A stretch of DNA of 64,000 bases from Malacoraja senta (GCA_038087875.1 CM075996.1:7752001-7816000), one strand, 5' to 3'. Positions 12,071 through 25,984 are shown, counted from the stretch's first letter. Made by a program: numbers and translations. Notes: a model not told the origin generated them from the letters alone.

Positions 12071-14066
12071 ATAAATTATCCTTGATTACAATCATTAAAT
12101 GGGTGTCAGAATATCAACCACCCTTTGTAGTCCCCTCTTGATATATGGTTGCATAGAGCTTAGTATAGCTTTGGTCACCAGATTTGAACATAGGATACAC
12201 TTTGTAAGTAGCATAAAGGAAGGTTTGTAGGACAGTTGTGGTGTTATCCAACTTTCAAATACGCACCAAAACTCCTGTGGAGTAGTTCTGCAACACACAA
12301 CTGTGTCCCAGGGACCACAGCAAGGAATGTATATGGAAGAAAAAGTAATACGGAAGACTCAGCAAGGCTGAGGCTGATGCTGAAGGAGGTAAAGAAATTT
12401 GCTGCTATCAATGGAACGAACCGCACAGGAAAAGCCACCATTTAAGTCATCACACAACGTTAAGAAACATTTAGACAGGTGCATGGATAGGATAGGTTCA
12501 GAGAGATATGCGCCAAACGCAGGCAGGTGGGAGTAGTGTAGATGTGACATGTTGGTCGGTGTTTGAGCAAGTTGGGCCGATGGGTCTGTTTCCATACTGT
12601 ATGATTCTATTATTGGCCATTGCAGACCCCATTGGAATGAGAGGAAAACCCCTGCAGTATTTCTTTATCACAAGGATATTAAGGCAATCAGTTGTGCAAA
12701 TCAACAGCAAAAAAAGGAAATAACACCCACAGAGCGAACACATTCAATGTTATAACATTGAACACTTAAAGATAATTTGGATTTTCATCTCAATTTATTG
12801 TTGCATTAATCCATTCTTATTGGGCAAAGTTTATCTATTATTTAAGGTCAATATGTTAAGTGGCAGCATTATTTCCTCTGAGTCAGGCACAGAGGATTCC
12901 GGACTCTGGTCACAAAATTAATTTTCTTCCATATACATTCCTTGAGCAAACCAATTTGAGAGTGTTTATTAATGTACTTTGGTTCCTCAAAGTGCAAAGG
13001 CTCATTTTAAAGATATTAAATGGCGTCATTTCACCACAGATCCTTTACAGTTGCTACAACAAACTTTATGCATCTGAAAACATAGTCCCAGATTTTGGAA
13101 TGTGCAATATGGAAGCGTTCACTCATGGACAATTTTTGCACTGGACGACCAACAAATTTCAGGCAAACCACATCATACCTTCTATCATGTTACTGGTTCT
13201 CCAGCAACCGTTGCTGCTTGTCTCAATGAAAGTCTCAGGGAACAGTCCGTTGAGTACAGAGTCCTGTGTTACATCAATGTTCATATGTGGGATTGAGACT
13301 CTGGTTTAGACGGAAAGACCTGATGAGGCTTTCAGCTTTGGTACTGGTCTAAAAGTTCTGGCGACGAGTCATTCTGCAAAATGACATTGACACTGCTTGT
13401 AGAATCACAGGATCCAGCATTTTTTCTTTTTCCCACAGTTTTTTCAGGTTATTCTAGACAAACCGCTGCCTGAGTGACCTGCATAAACCTTATAAATAAG
13501 GGACAAATGTTACAGTGTGGTCCAGTTGAAAAGAATATTATGAGGTTTTAACTAGATCCATTTGTCACAACACAAGAGACAGATAGAAGGTAGACAAAAG
13601 TGCTGGAGAAACTCAGCGGTACAGCAGCATCTATGGAGCGAAGGAAATAGGCAACGTTTCGGGCCGAAACCCTTCTTCTTAGAGACAGATAGAACTTTGG
13701 CACCTGATAATACTTGGTGTTTTCATGCCTAAAGTCTTTGCACAAGTTAGTGCAATCATATACAAAGGTGACCGTCTTGAACCACATTTGGGTACATTTA
13801 TCCCAGCCTTCAAAGATTTGAATTGTTTTAATCACAGAAAAGGAAAAGGGCTTAGGTGGCCGCACAAGTTTTGGTGTTATTTGAAAGTTCAGAACACAAC
13901 TACTGTCTAAATTACAAACCTTCTTCTCTGAGACTTCCAAAATATATGCTGTAGAATTTCAACTCTAGTCACCAAAGCTATGCTAAGTTCTATGGAATGA
14001 AATTTTCAAGATGGGTGGTTGATATTCTGACACCCATTTAATGATAGCAAATTAAAGATAAATTAT
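12071..14066 (+). mobile_element. Degraded Tc1/mariner transposon with ~210-bp TIRs and nested insertions
   Basis: 12071-12285 and 13862-14066 are inverted homologues (33-bp perfect core 12091-12123 / 14013-14045); interior peptides GTTARNVYGRKSNTEDSARLRLMLKEVKK and RKTPAVFLYHKDIKAISCANQ resemble Tc1 N-terminal motifs. Confidence 0.65.
13015..13330 (-). mobile_element. Tx1-like (L1 clade) ORF2 3' remnant
   Basis: Frameshifted VTQDSVLNGLFPET...CWRTSN...LSMSERFHIAHSKIWDYVFR; homologous to 26350-26580. Confidence 0.65.
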
Positions 14067-14559
14067 GGACCACATTTATTGTGACACCAAGTACACCTGA
14101 TGTTGTGCTTTCCAACAGTCAAGAAAGCGCACTGTTGACACAACTCGTTTCTCCTTCACTTCAGCTGCACTCACCAACCAGTTCTTACTGCATGCCACAG
14201 CTCTTCTGAACCATATTCATGCATCTTTAAATAATCAAAAATTGGTTGGACCCGTTGCCAGAGAAAATGACTTTGCTTATGCTGCGATTGCCTCTGGTCT
14301 AGAGGCTAGCATGAATTAGTTGCAGATGCTCGTTCATCTGCAAACCGGATCGAGGGATATGGGATCATAATGCAGGCAGAGGAGATTATTTAACCTGGCT
14401 CATGTTTGGGCACGGACATTGTGGGCCAAAGGGCCTGTTCTTGTGCTGTACTGCTCTAAGAGTCTGACCTATCCTGGCCTAAGGGTGACTGACCTGAATG
14501 CCTCATTTAGACAACAGTTCCTCAGAGTGCAGTAGACATGTGGAATTGTTACACTCCAT

Positions 14560-15200
14560 CGTGCTAGACTCCCCAAACCCAATTTTGGAGAGCACGTGGG
14601 CAATACTATATCAAGAGCTTTCTCGTCCAGAATGACTGGGCAATTCCAGGAGTTTTATGTGCCGTGAAGTAAGGGACAAGTCTTATCAGCTCATCAAGAA
14701 TTAATGTTGGTTCCAGACTCTCCTGCCTGTTTTAATCTAAAACCTCTGTGATAGAGGATAGGAAGCTTTAGGGAGATGTAGTGTCTGTGGCCTTCAAATC
14801 GGTTAGTCCAGCACTATAGATCCTTCATAGGCGAGGATCTGACTGAGCTGTCGTCTTCTTCAAGGTGGCTGATAACAGAGCTTGCTCCACAATTCTTTTG
14901 GAAGAGGAAACTTGAGTACATCTTATCCTGCTCATGAAGCATTCTCTGGATCGGGAAAATGACCTTGGAGGCTTCCAAGGTAAAGAGTGAGGCCTTCTGG
15001 CTATTTATCTTCTTGGGGTTTTTACTCTACATCGACCCACTATGGACGTCAGTAAGTGTTTTCCTGTATTTGGTACATTTTGTATTGGCTTCTCTCCCGA
15101 ACATGTGAGAATGAAGAACCCCTTGATATTTACTCTGATTGCTTCCCATGTGCACCAGGGGATCAAAGAAGTGGTTCATAATTCTCCGAACTGCGTAATC
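14560..15200 (-). mobile_element. Tx1-like ORF2 remnant (endonuclease-RT linker)
   Basis: Degenerate EQDKMYSSFLFQKNCGASSVISHLEEDDSSV...FLSSITEVLD on the minus strand. Confidence 0.6.
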
Positions 15201-15305
15201 AATGTTAAATTCCCCAATTATTTACCTTCCTGGGATCAATTTCACATTTAGCTCACAATTCCCGTGGCCAGCCATCTGAACTACTGCAATACTCTTACCT
15301 TGCAC

Positions 15306-15697
15306 CAAAGATCCTATAGCAAGCAAGATAGATCACTCGACGAAAAAGACGTAGTACGGTCATGGGCAGATTCATGGGTAATTTTCGGCCCCATTTCCTT
15401 AACCGGCTTCCGTCTCCGCACCAAAGATCCCATAGGATACTAGTGCGGAGACGGAATCCGGTTACGGAAACATCCTCGTAAAATAAAAGTTATTTGGGAA
15501 AAATTTTCCTCCTCATTTCAGAATTATAATTTATTAACACAAACTGTTCCCCGCAACGTTGATTACACTGCGAGTCGGGTCGGGTCGGGTTACTGAAATT
15601 GATGAAAAAAAGGCCCACTCCCTCCGCTCCTGCGTACTACACGTCAGCCCATTGCATTTAGAAGGAGTGGTCTATCTTGCTTGCTATAGGATCTTTG
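15306..15697. mobile_element. hAT-type MITE, 392 bp
   Basis: ~33-bp TIRs caaagatcctatagcaagcaagatagatcactc; perfect 8-bp TSD ccttgcac (15298-15305, 15698-15705); internal hairpin ~15401-15463. Confidence 0.9.
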
Positions 15698-16764
15698 CCT
15701 TGCACCTTATCATTTAAGCTGAGGGAGTGTCCCAGTCACCTTTACCTCATTGACTGTAAAGTACTTTGGAACTTTTTACCAGGATCTTGACAGCGTTATA
15801 AAATCCCAAATTATTTTATTTCAGATTTCCTGAATCTGCAGTTTGTTTTTTGTGTTTTGCTTAGTGTAGAAATCCTAGTCTTGTTTTAAGTGCTTTATTG
15901 AAGGGCATGAGGTTTAATCGTTGATGACACACCCACACAGCAACACTGCTGAAGTTAATGACTAACAGCACCAGATCAACCCATTTCAGCCTCCCTGTCC
16001 TAAAAAGGAAAAAATGAACCTAAATGAAAGGACTGTGAAGGTGATACTGCAGCCAATGACAGGGCAGAACTGAGAACTCAGAACCCATGGTTCCAGCTGT
16101 GTGTGAACAAGAATGCGAGGAATGCAGTCAGTGTGTCAGTTTGTCTTTAGCAGTCTGGGAGAGTCTGCTAATATGTTGTGTCAGAGGTTAGCTACGTTGA
16201 TCTCTGAAATGGTTGTCGAAAGGAACAAAACGTTGTGCAATAGGAAACCGCAGTCCCTCCCACCACAGCACCTACTACTCAGTCTTCCGACCATAAATGG
16301 AAGAAAACAGATTCAGTGTGTAGGAAGGAACTGCAGATGCTGCTTTAAACCGAAGATAGACACAAAAATGCTACAGTAACTCAGCCCGGGACAGGCAGCA
16401 TCTCTGGAGAGAAGGAATGGGTGACCGCCTTTCCCGCTGAGTTACTCCAGAATGTAGTGTCTAAACAGATTCAGGCTTGTTGATGAGAAAGGGGAAAGAG
16501 AATTGAATCATAGTGAAGAGGCAAATTTGCAAAGAAACTTGCAACTTTTTTTTTTGATATGTAACGGTAAAAAAAAGCCCAAACACGTTAGGAAAGAGGA
16601 ATGCTCTAACTTCTGTAATTAAAAAATAACCTTTTAATGAGCTTTTTATAGACATTTCCCCACCCTAACCCCAAGTTCCATTCTCACCTGGCATATACAG
16701 TGGTTCTGGTATCTTGCCTAAATGGAAACTCATTTCTCAGCTAGTGAGTGGGAACAGGCTATAA

Positions 16765-17295
16765 AGGGGGCTGTCCCACTTGGACAACCTAATTGGCGAG
16801 TTTAGAAGAGTTTGAAAAAATGACATGTTGAAGACCTCCTTCGACTGTGTAGAAGACCTCCTTCGACTATGTTGAAGACTAGTTCGACTAGCTACGACTA
16901 ACTTCTGGAAAATTGGACACCAAATAGTGGAGAGTGAAGACGACCTCCTTCGATCTCCTTCGACCTCCTTCGACTATGATGAAGACTATGTACGACTACC
17001 TTCGACTACCCTCGATTACCTACGACTAACATGCCGACCTACTACGACTAACCTACGAGTAAAAAAAGTATCGATTTTTTCCATGGTAACCTTTTTATAC
17101 TCGCGGGCAATTTTTTTAACATATTGAAAAAAAATGGCCGCGACCTAGCTGAGGCCTCGAGTGCGCGGAGACCACTCTTGAGCATGAAGGAGAGTTATGA
17201 AGACCTCCTATGACCTTGTGTCGACCATGCTGCGAGTATGTCGAGGCAAACTCGCCAGAATCCGCGGGTTAGTTCGCCCAAGTGGGACAGGCCCT
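16765..17295. mobile_element. PIF/Harbinger-type MITE
   Basis: TIRs ..gctgtcccactt / aagtgggacaggccct, TAA flanks, ctacgac repeats. Confidence 0.8.
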
Positions 17296-18019
17296 TAAGA
17301 CCGCAGGGGGATCTCAGCTGTGTCAACCAACCACATGAATTCACGCAGTAGAGCTAGAGATGTCTGGTGCTGATATCATTACTGTCACCCCTATGACTTT
17401 AACAAAAACAGAATATGCTGGTGGGACAACAGGTCAGGTAGCATCTGTCGACGGAGGAACCATCAATGTTTCAGAGTCCTTTGTCAAAACTGATTTGATG
17501 ATTTTGCATTCCCTTCCTCTTATACTGAGGGTCCTTAGAGTTTTTTTTTGGCACTCTGGAGTGAGAAAATTGGCTGATTTTCTCGTTCAGATAAACGATC
17601 CCATCTTAGCACTGCAGCAATTAATTCAGTACAGAGCAAGAATCTGATATGGGGGTTTCTTCGTGATCACTATCAATTTGTATACAGCAACAGCAGTGGG
17701 ACGAAGCACCAGTAATTCCCTGTTAGGTTTATTGGGAGAAAAATAAAGCCAAATCAACTTCCTGCATTTTGACTGGGGCCCTTGGAATGTCTTGAACTCA
17801 GCAGGTATGTCTCAGTGCAAGTGACAGAGAAGCACATTCTAATTATTGCTTTAGAGGATTAGCCCAGAAAGGAACTTGGTTTAACTTAGAGATTAGTAGG
17901 TTACGAACTGAGCTAAACTGCCATATTGGTTTAAAACATAACATCTTTAAACCAGGAAGCACATTGTTTCAATCCGTTGTCTCTTCGGATTAGCTGAACA
18001 ATTATTTTATTATGTTGCC

Positions 18020-18472
18020 ATTAGTAGTAGGCCCCCCTCGGTCTGACTGACCATGGGTGATGCATCCTAGTTTGCAGGTGATGTGTGGGTCGGATGCAAG
18101 TCTGGGCGATGTCATATGGAGGACAGGCTGTTGCCCATGCAGCACCGTCCCCCCCTCTCCACGTCGCTGATCGATCCAAAGGACAGCAGGGCCGTTACAG
18201 TTTGGCACCAGCACCATCGCAGAAGCTGCCAGAGTGAGGTTGTAGACAACGACAAACTACTTTAGGGGCTCCGACTCCGGATTTTCTTGAGGTTTACCTC
18301 CAGGAGCCTTTTCATGACTGGATATGGCCACAAGGCAGTGGAGGTTTTAAATCAGAGTTTTCCCTCTCCTAGATGGACTGCCTTCCCAGGCTGACGAGCC
18401 CATCTGCCCGAGACTCGTGGGGCGGGAGCGTCTACCTTCCTGTGCAGGTCTATAGCACCTGCCCACTGCCCA
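18020..18472 (-). mobile_element. RTE-related non-autonomous retroelement
   Basis: ggcagtccatctaggagagggaaaactctga motif and short (CTA)n-like tail; end similar to 11510-11540. Confidence 0.45.
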
Positions 18473-19122
18473 GATGCCATTAATCCCATCATTTAAAGGT
18501 TAAGTGCATGGTTGCCAGCCATGATGACGTATTAAACTGCAAACTGTACTTTATATGTCATTAAAAATGCCTCCTCCAAAGTATCCAAAACAATTTCCTC
18601 ACTGTCTTTGATATCCCACATTTTACAATCCACCCAGAATCCTCTTTCCTGAAATTCACTCACCAATCATTCCCACCCAATCCATTGATTTCAAGATCTT
18701 TGTCTTATTTTACAAATGCCCCATGATTTTAAAACCCATTTTCACAATTTCCTCCAAAATGGTGCTTTTCTCTCCTTTGCTCCGCCTTTAGTTGTTATAA
18801 CATTCACCCATAACAGAGTGGGGTCTGGAATTCTTCAAACAACCCTTGCACCTCGCTACATTTAGTAGTTTAGTTATTACAGTGAAAAACGTTTTGTTGC
18901 ATGCTATCCAGTCAGTGAAAGACTGCATGATTTACAATCAAGCATCTCCAGTGTTTAGATACAGGATAAAGGGAATAACGTTTAGTGAAATATAAAGTCC
19001 AGTAAAGTCTGATTAAAGAGCCTCCAAATGAGGTAGATAGTATGTCAGGACCGCTGTCTAGTTAGTAATAGGATGGTTCAGTTGCCTGATAACAATTGGA
19101 AAAAGACTATCCCTGAATCTGG

Positions 19123-19538
19123 AGCTCATGAGTGGTCTCCGCGTACTCGTGGCCTCAAGTAGGTCGCGGCATTTTTCCAGCCTGATAAAAAATGTCCACG
19201 GATAACTAATTGATACTTTTACTCGTAGGTAGGTCGTAGGTAAGTCGTAGGTAGTCGTAGATAGTCGTAGGTCGGTAACTGGCTGAGAAAAAAAATGCAA
19301 ACATGACATCATTTTATCAGGTGATCATTTTCCACTCGTAGCTAGTCGTAGTTGGTCTTAGGTTGTGGAAGACTGAGGTCGAGGGGGGTCATAGGAGGTC
19401 GTAGACATAGTCATAGGAGGTCATAGACATACTTGTAGGAGATTATAGGAGGTCTTTTACTTTGGCGAGTCACACGACCTTGACATTCGTCTAGGGTCTT
19501 CTAAATTCGTGGATTAGGTCGTCCAAGTGGACAGGCCT
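19123..19538. mobile_element. Truncated PIF/Harbinger-type MITE
   Basis: Highly similar to 10775-11190; only the right TIR is present. Confidence 0.75.
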
Positions 19539-20282
19539 TAACCCTTGGTGATGTAACCTCCAGTGACATTCCCAGAATTTCCCCCAATGTATAGCTGGTG
19601 AGTGAATAACCCCGTCCCTATAAAGCATTTTGGGATGTTTTCATAATATTTCACTGAAGATATTTTATCAGGCAAACTATTAATCTCAATTGGAATTGCA
19701 ATAGGGAATCTGCAATTGAACTTTATGCTTTTAGCTGACCGTAAAAAAATCAAATTAGTAGTTTTACTCATTATGCAGGGTGAGAAAATTGTGTAAGAGG
19801 ATGACAAACTACATTATTTGTGAAGTCCTCCCTGTGAACATTCTGTTAATACATTCTGAAAAACAAAGAGAATCGAAATTCGGAACCCAGCATCTATCAC
19901 CCTACTCCGAACATGAGATAATTAGTGAATACAGGAAGTGTTCAAGTGCTTAATACATCAAAATTGTTCATGAGAGCAAACTATTCATTTCATTTGTTCC
20001 CACAGTCTGATTTAACCTCTTGGTTACTACTTCCATCAATGTTGATAGCTGGGCATTGTCTGCATATCCATCAAATTGTCCATACAAACCCGCAAACTGA
20101 ATTATTCTTGTTGTGCAGAAATATGATCCATTAAAGACATCTATTATGGAAGTTTGCATCTGACCACCCTTGAATTGACGACAGCAATGGGAAAGTGGAA
20201 TACGCTGTTCCTGCATAGCCACTTTTATGTTGATGGTATGAGGTAAGAACAAGCACACACCACACTTCCTGTATGAGCTCAC

Positions 20283-20413
20283 CTTCAGCAGTGAATGTGG
20301 TGAATGTTATTACCAAATTCCCATACAATTTCTGCTCCCCACGCTCGTACCACTGTGCCTCCTTCTCGCCAAAGGTCACTGTAATCAATTGCAGCACTGA
20401 TCAGGAATTTAAC
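20283..20413 (-). other. Candidate non-coding exon of the divergent transcript
   Basis: Minus strand: acceptor tttttacgcAG, 131-nt body, donor AAG|GTGAGC; all three frames contain stops. Confidence 0.3.
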
Positions 20414-21217
20414 CTGCGTAAAAATTCAGATTCAGGACTCTCTGCTCTACCTTAGCCGCACTGTAAACAAGTATCCAGGTGACGCCAATTACTGGGTGTA
20501 TCAGGGCAGGTACAAATATTTAATTCGATTGTTCGGGATCAGGGAGTCTATCTTGTAGATTTGTTGTCACAGTAAATACTCAAGCACAAAAATGATATTT
20601 GCAAAACATCAACTCATTAACTAGTCTTCAATATGCAATGCCACTTGCTTTCTGTTATCATATTCCATGTTAAACATATGTACTAAAATGTTATAAAAAC
20701 GTACTGCAGATGCTGGTTTATACTAAAAATAGACAAAATGCTGGAGTAACTCAGCGGGTCAGGCAGCATCTCTGGACAAACTGGATAGTTGACGTTTTCG
20801 GTCAGGACTCTGAAGAAGGGTCTCAACCCAAAATGTCACCTATCCATTTTCTCCAGAGATGCTGCCTGACCTGCTGAGTACTCAAACATATGTGATTTGA
20901 GTTATGTGTTCCCTGCATATCTTATTCTGACACTTGGCAGCTCACTAAGAGTAGTTCCCTCAGGTAATTAATAGCCAACAAAATTACCCCAAATCACATT
21001 TTATTTATGAGAGTTCACCACTATGCACCACTAACAAAGTCAATCAACCATTCACGTAAGCTGAACAAGGGTCCTCGACCCGAAACGTCATCTATTCCTT
21101 TTCTCCGGAGATGCTGTCTGACCCGCTGAGTTACTCCAGCTTTTTGGTCTATCTTAGGCCAGGATTGCCACATTGACTTTTCTTCCTCTAGTCCAGGGAA
21201 ACAACACAAATCAAGGT

Positions 21218-21502
21218 AAGTATACAGTGTGCAGCACCTAAACTGTGAATAGCATCCCGCTCCCATCAGAACTGGCCCCACCATCGACTCCTTTAAGTCA
21301 CGACTCAAAACTTATTTCTACTCCCTCGTGTTTTTGAGCCCCTCTGAGGGCCGCTGTAAACAGTTTATGTATGTATTGTTAGGTCTGTCTACCGTTGTAT
21401 GTATCAAATTAGTACAGCACTGATGTGAAGCACTTTGGTCAACCGTGAGTTGTTTTTAAACGTGCTATACAAATATATTTATTTATTATTATTATTATTA
21501 TT
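21218..21502 (+). mobile_element. L2-like LINE 3' end
   Basis: ..SIRTGPTIDSFKSRLKTYF.. then gtgaagcactttgg...gtgctatacaaata and (TTA)n tail. Confidence 0.65.
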
Positions 21503-22777
21503 GCACTTCGCATCAGTCCAGCAGCCTTAGACACATTTGCATACTTTCTTGTGTCATTGAATCGCTGCAGAGTCCCAGTAAACCCTCTAATGATCGTATA
21601 CTGTATCACAGCGGCAAATAATCCCCACCTTTTCATATTTATTTCACCACATGGAACCATTCCCATCTGGCTCCCAATAGAATTTCCAAATTCCAAGGAA
21701 TAAATGGTCTATTAAATCAGTATACACAAAGTCCAAAGAACCAGTCCCTATTGGCCAAAGTACTTTCTAACACCTCCTCAGTATAGCAAGCAGCATGAGA
21801 TTAATCCAAAAGATTGAGTTGCTCCAAGCTTAATAGCTTTGTGGCTGTGTTACTAATGCGGTCTGCAGGCAATTATCTCAAGCAATGAGACCCAGTGTCA
21901 CAACATTGTTTCTTGCAGGGTATTTTGCAAACATTTTCCCCTGAGATTGACTAAAGTAAATCGCTTTATCTTGGATAAGGTGATGTAAAAATGTGCATTC
22001 GGACAGCCACAATCAGACAATAAAACTCGAGTGGTTCGTAAAGGGATTAATCTTATGAGGAGTGCTTACTGCAAATCATCTAGCAGTGAAAGTGGAGGAA
22101 GAAATTATTTAGTAAAATCTATGAAATGAACAATGGACAGGGAGTAACAATCATAGGATAATTTAACTAACCACAGACGAACTGGCAAGGGAAAGTAGTG
22201 TATTAGTAAAAGGGAGCAAAGATTTAAAGGATAAAATGTAGAAACAATGAAAAGTCTGAAGAAGGGTCCGACCCAAAATGCCATCCATCCTTCCTTCTCC
22301 AGAGATGCTGATTACTCCAGCATTTTGTGTCTATCAAAAGACTTAAAGAGCACAAGAGAGGCTGCAGATTCTGGAATCTTAATCAAAAAATTGCGCTGGA
22401 GAAACTCAGCGGGTCAGGCAGCATCTGTGGGGGGAGATGGACAGTTAAAGGTTTGGGTTGGGGCCCTTCTTTGGACCGATGAAAGAAGGAGTCCTTTCTT
22501 AACAAGGAAATTGAACAGAAGATTTTGGTTAAAAGAGTTTTATTGAATTGAAGGACTCAGATAATGGTGACAAAGGCAGGGGACATGCAGTCAACAGTAA
22601 TCGTAGCACGATAATATTTAAGATAATAATTAAAGAAAGCAAAAATAAAACTAATCATGAAAAATATCTGGTTTAGAGATGATAAGATGAAGTAAAACAA
22701 TTCGTAGAGAAATAAAACAGACATGGGATAGTTGAGCAAGAGCTGGAAAAATATTTCATTAAAAACAAGATGGAACT

Positions 22778-23522
22778 AATCAGAATCAGAATCAGAATCA
22801 CACTTTATTCGCCAAGTATGTTTTCCAACATACGAGGAATTTCATTGGCCAGGTCAGTCATACAATAAAAAGCAACAGATCACTCAAAAACACATTTTAA
22901 CATGAACATCCACCACAGTGACTCCTACACATTCCTCACTGTGATGAAAGGCGAAATAAAGTTCAAATCTCTTCCTTCTGTTCTTCCTCGGTCGTGGCCT
23001 CGAGCCCCCGTTGACGGACGATCTTGACGGCGTTCGTTTGGGCCCTCCGTGTCGAGGCGATCAGCTCCCGCATCGGGGGATGTCAGCTCCCCCGCGCCGG
23101 GCAATCGAACCTCACGTCGAGGCTGGTCGAACCTTCCGCGACATTGGCGCTCCCAACTCGGTCTCACCCGAGACTGCGAGCCCTTGATGTTGATTCCGCG
23201 GTGGTCGCAGTGGGAGCGATCCCAGGCAAGGGATCAGCTCCGATGTTAAGTCCACGCCCCGTGTTGGGGCTCACGACAGTCCGAGGAGGCCTCCAGCTCC
23301 ATCGATGGTAAGCCGCAGAGCGCCTGGAGAATGTGATCCGAAAATTAATCACATCTCCGGGAAGGTAAGAGCTTGAAATAAAGTTTCCCCCGATCCCCTC
23401 CCCTCTCCCTCACATAAAACAAACCAAAGAATATTAAAACAACTTTTAACACACTAAAAAATAACAAAAGGAATGAAAAAACGCACAGACTGCTGCAGGG
23501 CAGCCATCGCCCCAGCACCCCT
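22778..23522 (-). mobile_element. CpG-rich non-autonomous retroelement with AATAAA+(GATTCT)n tail
   Basis: 3' ~190 bp is the reverse complement of 33059-33240; microsatellite tail. Confidence 0.6.
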
Positions 23523-24122
23523 GGTGGTGGATAACACTGAATAAACATGTAAAGTGATAAACAAAACATAAATTAAGGAAAAAGACAAAGAACAAGCTCT
23601 GGTGAAGCAGCTTCGATCCTGACCTCCAGAGCTGTGTATATTGAGTTTGCATGTTCTCCCAGTGACAAGAGTTTCTCCCGGGTATGCCAATATCTCAGTG
23701 ATGTGCTGGTGGTAGATTAATCGATTACTATAAATCATCACTTGTGTAGATGCCTACTGCAAAAATCCATGGGGTGTTAATGGGCACATGATAGAAAATA
23801 ACAAAGAAATAAGCAAAGAATGGGTTTGCACCGAGAGCTCTTTATATTTGATGGTCCAAATGGCCTCCTTCTACATGGTCTTCAACAATCATATGAATAA
23901 ACACACTCTTGTGTCCCAATAAGTGGCAATGCAATAGATGTCAGAGGTGGTCTCTAAATTGGAAGGTCGCACTCTAAAAACCTGACTGCAAATTCAAGGC
24001 CCACACTTTGGTGCAATACTGAGGGAGTTTACCAGATGGAGGCTATCTTTGGATTGAGGAATTGTCAGCTGGACATGAATTCATGGCACAATTGTGTGGA
24101 AAAGCAGCTTGAGAATCCCAGA

Positions 24123-24555
24123 GGAAAAGACTAGGCCTGTATTCACTGGAGTTTAGAAGGATGAGGGGGAATCTTATAGAAACATATACAATTATAAAAG
24201 GACTGGACAAGCTAGATGCAGGAAAAATGTTCCCAATGTTGGGCGAGTCCAGAATCAGGGGACACAGTCTTAGAATAAAGGGGAGGCCATTTAAGACTGA
24301 GGTGAGAAAAAACGTTTTCACCAAGAGGGTTGTGAATTTGTGGAATTCCCTGCCACAGAGGGCAGTGGAGGCCAAATAACTGGATGGGTTTAAGAGTTAG
24401 ATAGAGCTCTAGGGGCTAGTGGAATCAAGGGATATGGGGAGAAGGCGGAAACGGGTTATTGATTGGGGACGATCAGCCATGATCACAATGAATGGCGGTG
24501 CTGGCTCGAAGGGCCGATTGGCCTCCTCCTGCACCTATTTTCAATGTTTCTATGT
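24123..24555 (+). mobile_element. CR1/HER1 LINE 3' fragment
   Basis: RMRGNLIETYTIIKGLDKLD...RVVNLWNSLP then 3'UTR; near-identical to 45480-45915. Confidence 0.9.
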
Positions 24556-24896
24556 ATCTCAATGCCTTTATCAAAAGTATAGCACCTCTGCCAGAGCAGA
24601 ACTCCATCCATACCATCATCCTAAATACTGGCATAAATTCCTAAAATGGATCTTGAACTCACAGCATCCTCACTCAGAACCAAGATCGTAACCAGTGAGT
24701 CTCGGCTGACACCTGCCATGTTACGGTTAGTGGGATCTCGCTGCATATTAAATGATCATAGAAGGGTCTCGACCCGAAACGTCACCCATTCCTTCGCTCC
24801 ATAGATGCTGCCTCACCCGCTGAGTTTCTCCAGCATTTTTGTCTACCTTCGATTGTTCCAGCATCTGCAGTTCCTTCTTAAACATAACATTTCCAA

Positions 24897-25216
24897 CAGC
24901 ACAGTGGCACAGCTGGTAGAGCTGCTGCCTCACAGCACCGAAGACCCAGGTTTGATCCTGACTTTCGGTGTTGTCCGTGTGGAGTTTGCACGTTCTCCCT
25001 GTGACAGCATGGGTTTCCGCCGGGTGCTCCAGTTTCCTCCCACATCCCAAAGATGTGCGAGATTGAAGGTTAATTGGCCACTGTAAATGGCCCCTGGTGT
25101 GGAGGGAGGGTATGAGAAAGTGGGATAACATAGAACCAGTAAGAACGGGCGATCAATGGACGATGTGGACTCGGTGGACTGAGGAGCCTGTTTCCAAACT
25201 GCGTCCCTGAAACTAA
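24897..25216 (+). mobile_element. HE1-type V-SINE (older)
   Basis: A/B boxes, tttcctcccacatcccaaaga core, CR1-like tail. Confidence 0.75.
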
Positions 25217-25272
25217 TAACAACAATGCTGAATATGCTCAAAAAACATTTTACACGTTCTCCCCTATGACAG

Positions 25273-25712
25273 CAGGGTTCGGCAACCTTGTTCTGCCTAA
25301 GGGCCAGGACACATGTCTGTGAGCGGATGGTGGGCCACATCTATCACGTGTACACATGGATCCCGTCCCGGATGGCAGGCATCACATCACGTGTTCACAG
25401 AAGGTAGACAAAAATGTTGGAGAAACTCAGCGGGCGAGGCAGCCTCATGCAATCCTTGCATGTCTCACCCGCTGAGTTTCTCCAGCATTTTCGTCTACCA
25501 TAGATTTTTCCAGCATCTGCAGTTCTTTCTTCAACGTGTTCACAGAAGGTGCGCGGCCGTGCCGGCGGCTTTGCACAGGATGCGGTACAGCCAGAGCCCG
25601 GCCGCGCTCAGGGCGGGCCGGATGAATACGGAAAACAAAATCTGCCTGCGACCCGGATGATTTCGGGTTAGGGGCCGCATTCGGCCCGGGGGTCGTAGAT
25701 TGCCGACCCCTG
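25273..25712. mobile_element. hAT-Charlie-like MITE with nested Penelope-derived insert
   Basis: TIRs cagggttcggcaacct / agattgccgacccctg; inner insert flanked by duplicated acgtgttcacagaaggt. Confidence 0.7.
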
Positions 25713-25984
25713 ATTTACATTAAAGTGGCTTTGAGATATCCTGTGGTCATAAAAGGAGTTCCGTAAATAGAAGGCCCTTCTGTTGCATGTTTACCAGTAC
25801 CTACAGTATACAAGTTTCCTCTCATATGCATTTCCTTCCTATTAATACTGGCAATCTGGAAATGACACAATTTTTGTAAGCAATTGGAGATGCGGCAGAT
25901 TTTACGAACAGATTTCATGGCTTAGTGCATGAAAATAAAATGCAACCTTGCAACTGTAGTATGAAGAACAGGGAGATCTAACAA

